Assembly: GCA_046095965.1 (NCBI GenBank)
Contig: JBJTJO010000160.1
Location: forward strand, 1 to 43,740
DNA length: 43,740 bases
Direction of reading: 5' to 3'
Origin: Planctomycetaceae bacterium
GTDB taxonomy: Bacteria; Planctomycetota; Planctomycetia; Pirellulales; UBA1268
Shown in pieces: positions 41,747 through 43,740 of this stretch. A program made the translations under genes and the position numbers. The notes under the pieces were generated by a model. The model worked only from the letters and a program-made list of their open reading frames with translations, made no database searches and was not told the DNA's origin. The stretch's first letter is position 1; each line of letters opens with the position of its first letter.

Positions 41747-43390
41747 ATGGACAAGCCGAACGAGCAGTCGCGGATGGACCGGATCGTGTCGCTGGCGAAG
41801 CGCCGCGGCTTCATCTTCCAGTCGAGCGAGATCTACGGGGGCCTGAACGGGTTCTGGGACTACGGTCCCCTCGGCGTGGCGCTCAAGCGGAACCTCAAGG
41901 ACGCCTGGTGGCACGACATGGTGAGCGGCCACGACGAGTTGGCCGTCGTGCCGGGTGCGCCCGCGGAATACGAGATGGCCGGCCTCGACTGCACGATCAT
42001 CATGCACCCCCAGGTCTGGAAGTGCTCGGGCCACTTCGACCTCTTCCACGACTGGATGATCGACTGTCGCGAGTCGAAGCGGCGCTATCGCTACGACCAC
42101 CTCCAGGGCCGCTGGGCCGCCCACCGGGGGAAGAAGGTGTTCGTCACCACCGAGGCCTCCGGCGACGAGGCGGCTCCGGAGACGGTCGCCCGGGCACAGA
42201 AATTCTTCGGCCTGCGGGCCAAGCAGGTGGACGAGATCGAGTGGACGGGCGACCTCCAGCCGTTGCCGGCGGCGATCGCGGACGGGGTGGCGGCGGCCGA
42301 CGTGCTCGGCCCCGACGCCGCGGCCCCGGGCTCGCTCACCGAGCCCCGCGAGTTCAATCTCATGTTCGAGACGCGGATCGGCGCGCTCGCCGGCGACGCC
42401 GACGACCGGGCCTTCCTCCGCCCGGAGACCGCGCAGGGCATCTTCGTGAACTTCAAGAACGTGCTCGACACGTCGCGGGTCCGCGTGCCCTTCGGCATCG
42501 CGCAGGTGGGCAAGAGCTTCCGCAACGAGATCACGCCGCGGAACTTCACGTTCCGGTCCCGTGAGTTCGAGCAGATGGAGATCGAGTTCTTCTGCAAGCC
42601 GGCCGACTCGGCAGCCTGGTACCGCTACTGGCGCGACCGCCGCTGGAGGTGGTACCTCGACCTCGGGCTCACCGAGGGGAAGCTCCAGCTCCGCGAGCAC
42701 CATGCCGACGAGCTCTCGCACTACTCGGTCGGCACGGCCGACATCGAGTATGCGTTTCCGTTCCTCGGGCCCGGCGAGTTCGGCGAGCTCGAGGGCATCG
42801 CCCACCGCGGCGACTTCGACCTGCGGAGCCACATGGAGGGCAAACTCGTCCGCAAGGACGGTGAATTGGTGTTGGAAACGGGCGCCGATGGAAAACCGCG
42901 GCACAGGGGGAGCGGCAAGGAGCTCTCGTATTTCGACGACATCACGCGGGAGCGGTACGTGCCCCACGTCATCGAGCCCTCGGCCGGTGCCGACCGGGCC
43001 ACGCTCGCCTTCCTCTGCGACGCCTACCACGAGGACGAGGTGCCCGACGAGGACGGCAAGCCCCGGAGCCGCACCGTGATGAAGCTCCACCCGCGGCTGG
43101 CGCCGGTGAAGGCGGCGATCCTGCCGCTCGTGAAGAAGGACGGCATGCCGGAGGTGGCGATCGAGCTCTACCGGCGGCTCAAGCCGCACATGGCCTGCCA
43201 GTACGACGAGAAGGGCTCCGTGGGCCGCCGCTACGCCCGGCAGGACGAGGCGGGCACGCCCTGGTGCCTGACGATCGACGGCCAGACGCTCGCCGACAGG
43301 ACGGTCACGCTCCGCGATCGCGATTCGCTCGCGCAGGCGCGGGTGGCGCTCGACGAGGTCGTGGACATGCTCCGGGACAGGCTGCGGTGA
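41747..43390 (+). CDS. glyQS: Glycine--tRNA ligase (alpha2 homodimeric type)
   Basis: The ATG at 41747 gives 'MDKPNEQSRMDRIVSLAKRRGFIFQSSEIYGGLNGFWDYGPLGVALKRN'. Motif 2 is 'FLRPETAQGIFVNF.....R...PFGIAQVGKSFRNEI.PRNF.FRSREFEQMEIEFF'. Motif 3 is 'IEPSAGADR'. The anticodon-binding C-terminus is 'GSVGRRYARQDEAGTPWCLTID'. The 1263-aa ORF in the track is an upstream over-extension. Confidence 0.96.
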   Translation: MDKPNEQSRMDRIVSLAKRRGFIFQSSEIYGGLNGFWDYGPLGVALKRNLKDAWWHDMVSGHDELAVVPGAPAEYEMAGLDCTIIMHPQVWKCSGHFDLFHDWMIDCRESKRRYRYDHLQGRWAAHRGKKVFVTTEASGDEAAPETVARAQKFFGLRAKQVDEIEWTGDLQPLPAAIADGVAAADVLGPDAAAPGSLTEPREFNLMFETRIGALAGDADDRAFLRPETAQGIFVNFKNVLDTSRVRVPFGIAQVGKSFRNEITPRNFTFRSREFEQMEIEFFCKPADSAAWYRYWRDRRWRWYLDLGLTEGKLQLREHHADELSHYSVGTADIEYAFPFLGPGEFGELEGIAHRGDFDLRSHMEGKLVRKDGELVLETGADGKPRHRGSGKELSYFDDITRERYVPHVIEPSAGADRATLAFLCDAYHEDEVPDEDGKPRSRTVMKLHPRLAPVKAAILPLVKKDGMPEVAIELYRRLKPHMACQYDEKGSVGRRYARQDEAGTPWCLTIDGQTLADRTVTLRDRDSLAQARVALDEVVDMLRDRLR

Positions 43391-43740
43391 TGCGTCCCGC
43401 CATAGCGAGCGTGTGCAGCCTCGAGGCGCCGCTCGAGATTGTGCTCGAGGACTATGCCGCAGGTCACGTCGCTGCGGTCGATCTCTGGCTCGGCCAGGCC
43501 GACGCGTTCCTCGAGTCGCGCGACGTCGCGGCCCTCCGCGACCGGTTCGCGCGGCACGGCATCGCGCCGGTGGCCGCGAGCTTCCAGGGGGGCCTGCTCA
43601 CGAGCCAGGGCGACGCCCGTCGCGAGCACTGGAAGACGTTCGAGGGGCGGCTCGCGCTCTGCCGCGATCTCGGCATCCCCGTGCTCGTCGTGGCGGGCGA
43701 CGCCTTCGGCCCGCTGGGGCCGCAGGATCTTGGCCGGCTC
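43390..43740 (+). CDS. Partial CDS (5' end only): probable sugar-phosphate isomerase/epimerase (xylose-isomerase-like TIM barrel) family protein
   Basis: This is not in the ORF track because it runs off the window. The ATG at 43390 overlaps the glyQS TGA (TGATG). There are 117 codons with no stop to the end of the window, and GC3 bias is strong. 'ASVCSLEAPLEIVLEDYAAGHVAAVDLWL......L......RDRFARHGIAPVAASF' has the typical N-terminal beta-alpha pattern of this family. The family call is tentative. Confidence 0.55.
   Translation, partial: MRPAIASVCSLEAPLEIVLEDYAAGHVAAVDLWLGQADAFLESRDVAALRDRFARHGIAPVAASFQGGLLTSQGDARREHWKTFEGRLALCRDLGIPVLVVAGDAFGPLGPQDLGRL

Noticed and set aside
1-43740. A genomic island, prophage or mobile element somewhere in the window.
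   Set aside because: No integrase, transposase, phage structural gene, tRNA attachment site or flanking direct repeats were recognised. GC content and codon style look uniform by eye across the window.

Overview
This is a 43.7-kb, very GC-rich (about 70% by eye) chromosomal segment. The gene content points to Planctomycetota: a DUF1559 pseudopilin-type protein with an '[13 protein letters not shown]' N-terminus, futalosine-pathway menaquinone genes, a DUF1570-like HEXXH peptidase, and scattered flagellar genes. I support about 39 protein-coding genes, mostly housekeeping. In order they are: a GT4 glycosyltransferase, an ST7/TPR-like protein plus a MutL/MORC-like GHKL ATPase, and a coiled-coil/nuclease-like protein. 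Next come a TerC-family protein, mmuM, flhA-fliA-flgM, fur plus a secreted CXXCH protein, purB, holA, and lemA-DUF2207. These are followed by an Asp-box secreted protein, clpX, a TlpA-like thioredoxin, two orphan histidine kinases (one with a haem-c CXXCH sensor domain), nadD, priA, rnhA and recG. The window ends with a ubiE-ubiX-ubiA-mqnE operon, an HEXXH peptidase, glyQS and a partial TIM-barrel isomerase. I saw no rRNA, tRNA, CRISPR array, transposase or integrase. Because of the GC content, most very long ORFs in the six-frame track are alternate-frame artefacts, and true starts often lie well inside the listed ORFs; I re-derived starts from N-terminal conservation, SD sequences and frame checks. 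The window looks like ordinary core genome rather than an accessory island. The best candidate for something undescribed is the two-gene module at 1500..4818, an ST7/TPR-like protein with a GHKL ATPase that carries an Ig-like insert; its function is only inferred. Other items worth a second look: a histidine kinase with no in-frame stop that runs about 1 kb through the next gene, and a nested palindromic repeat family present as two inverted pairs. Also notable are a perfect 8-3-8 palindrome in front of fur, a 15-bp tandem duplication at a gene junction, near-identical in-frame 42/63-bp repeats in a coiled-coil gene, and a TerC-family gene whose first TM helix lies upstream of any canonical start codon.
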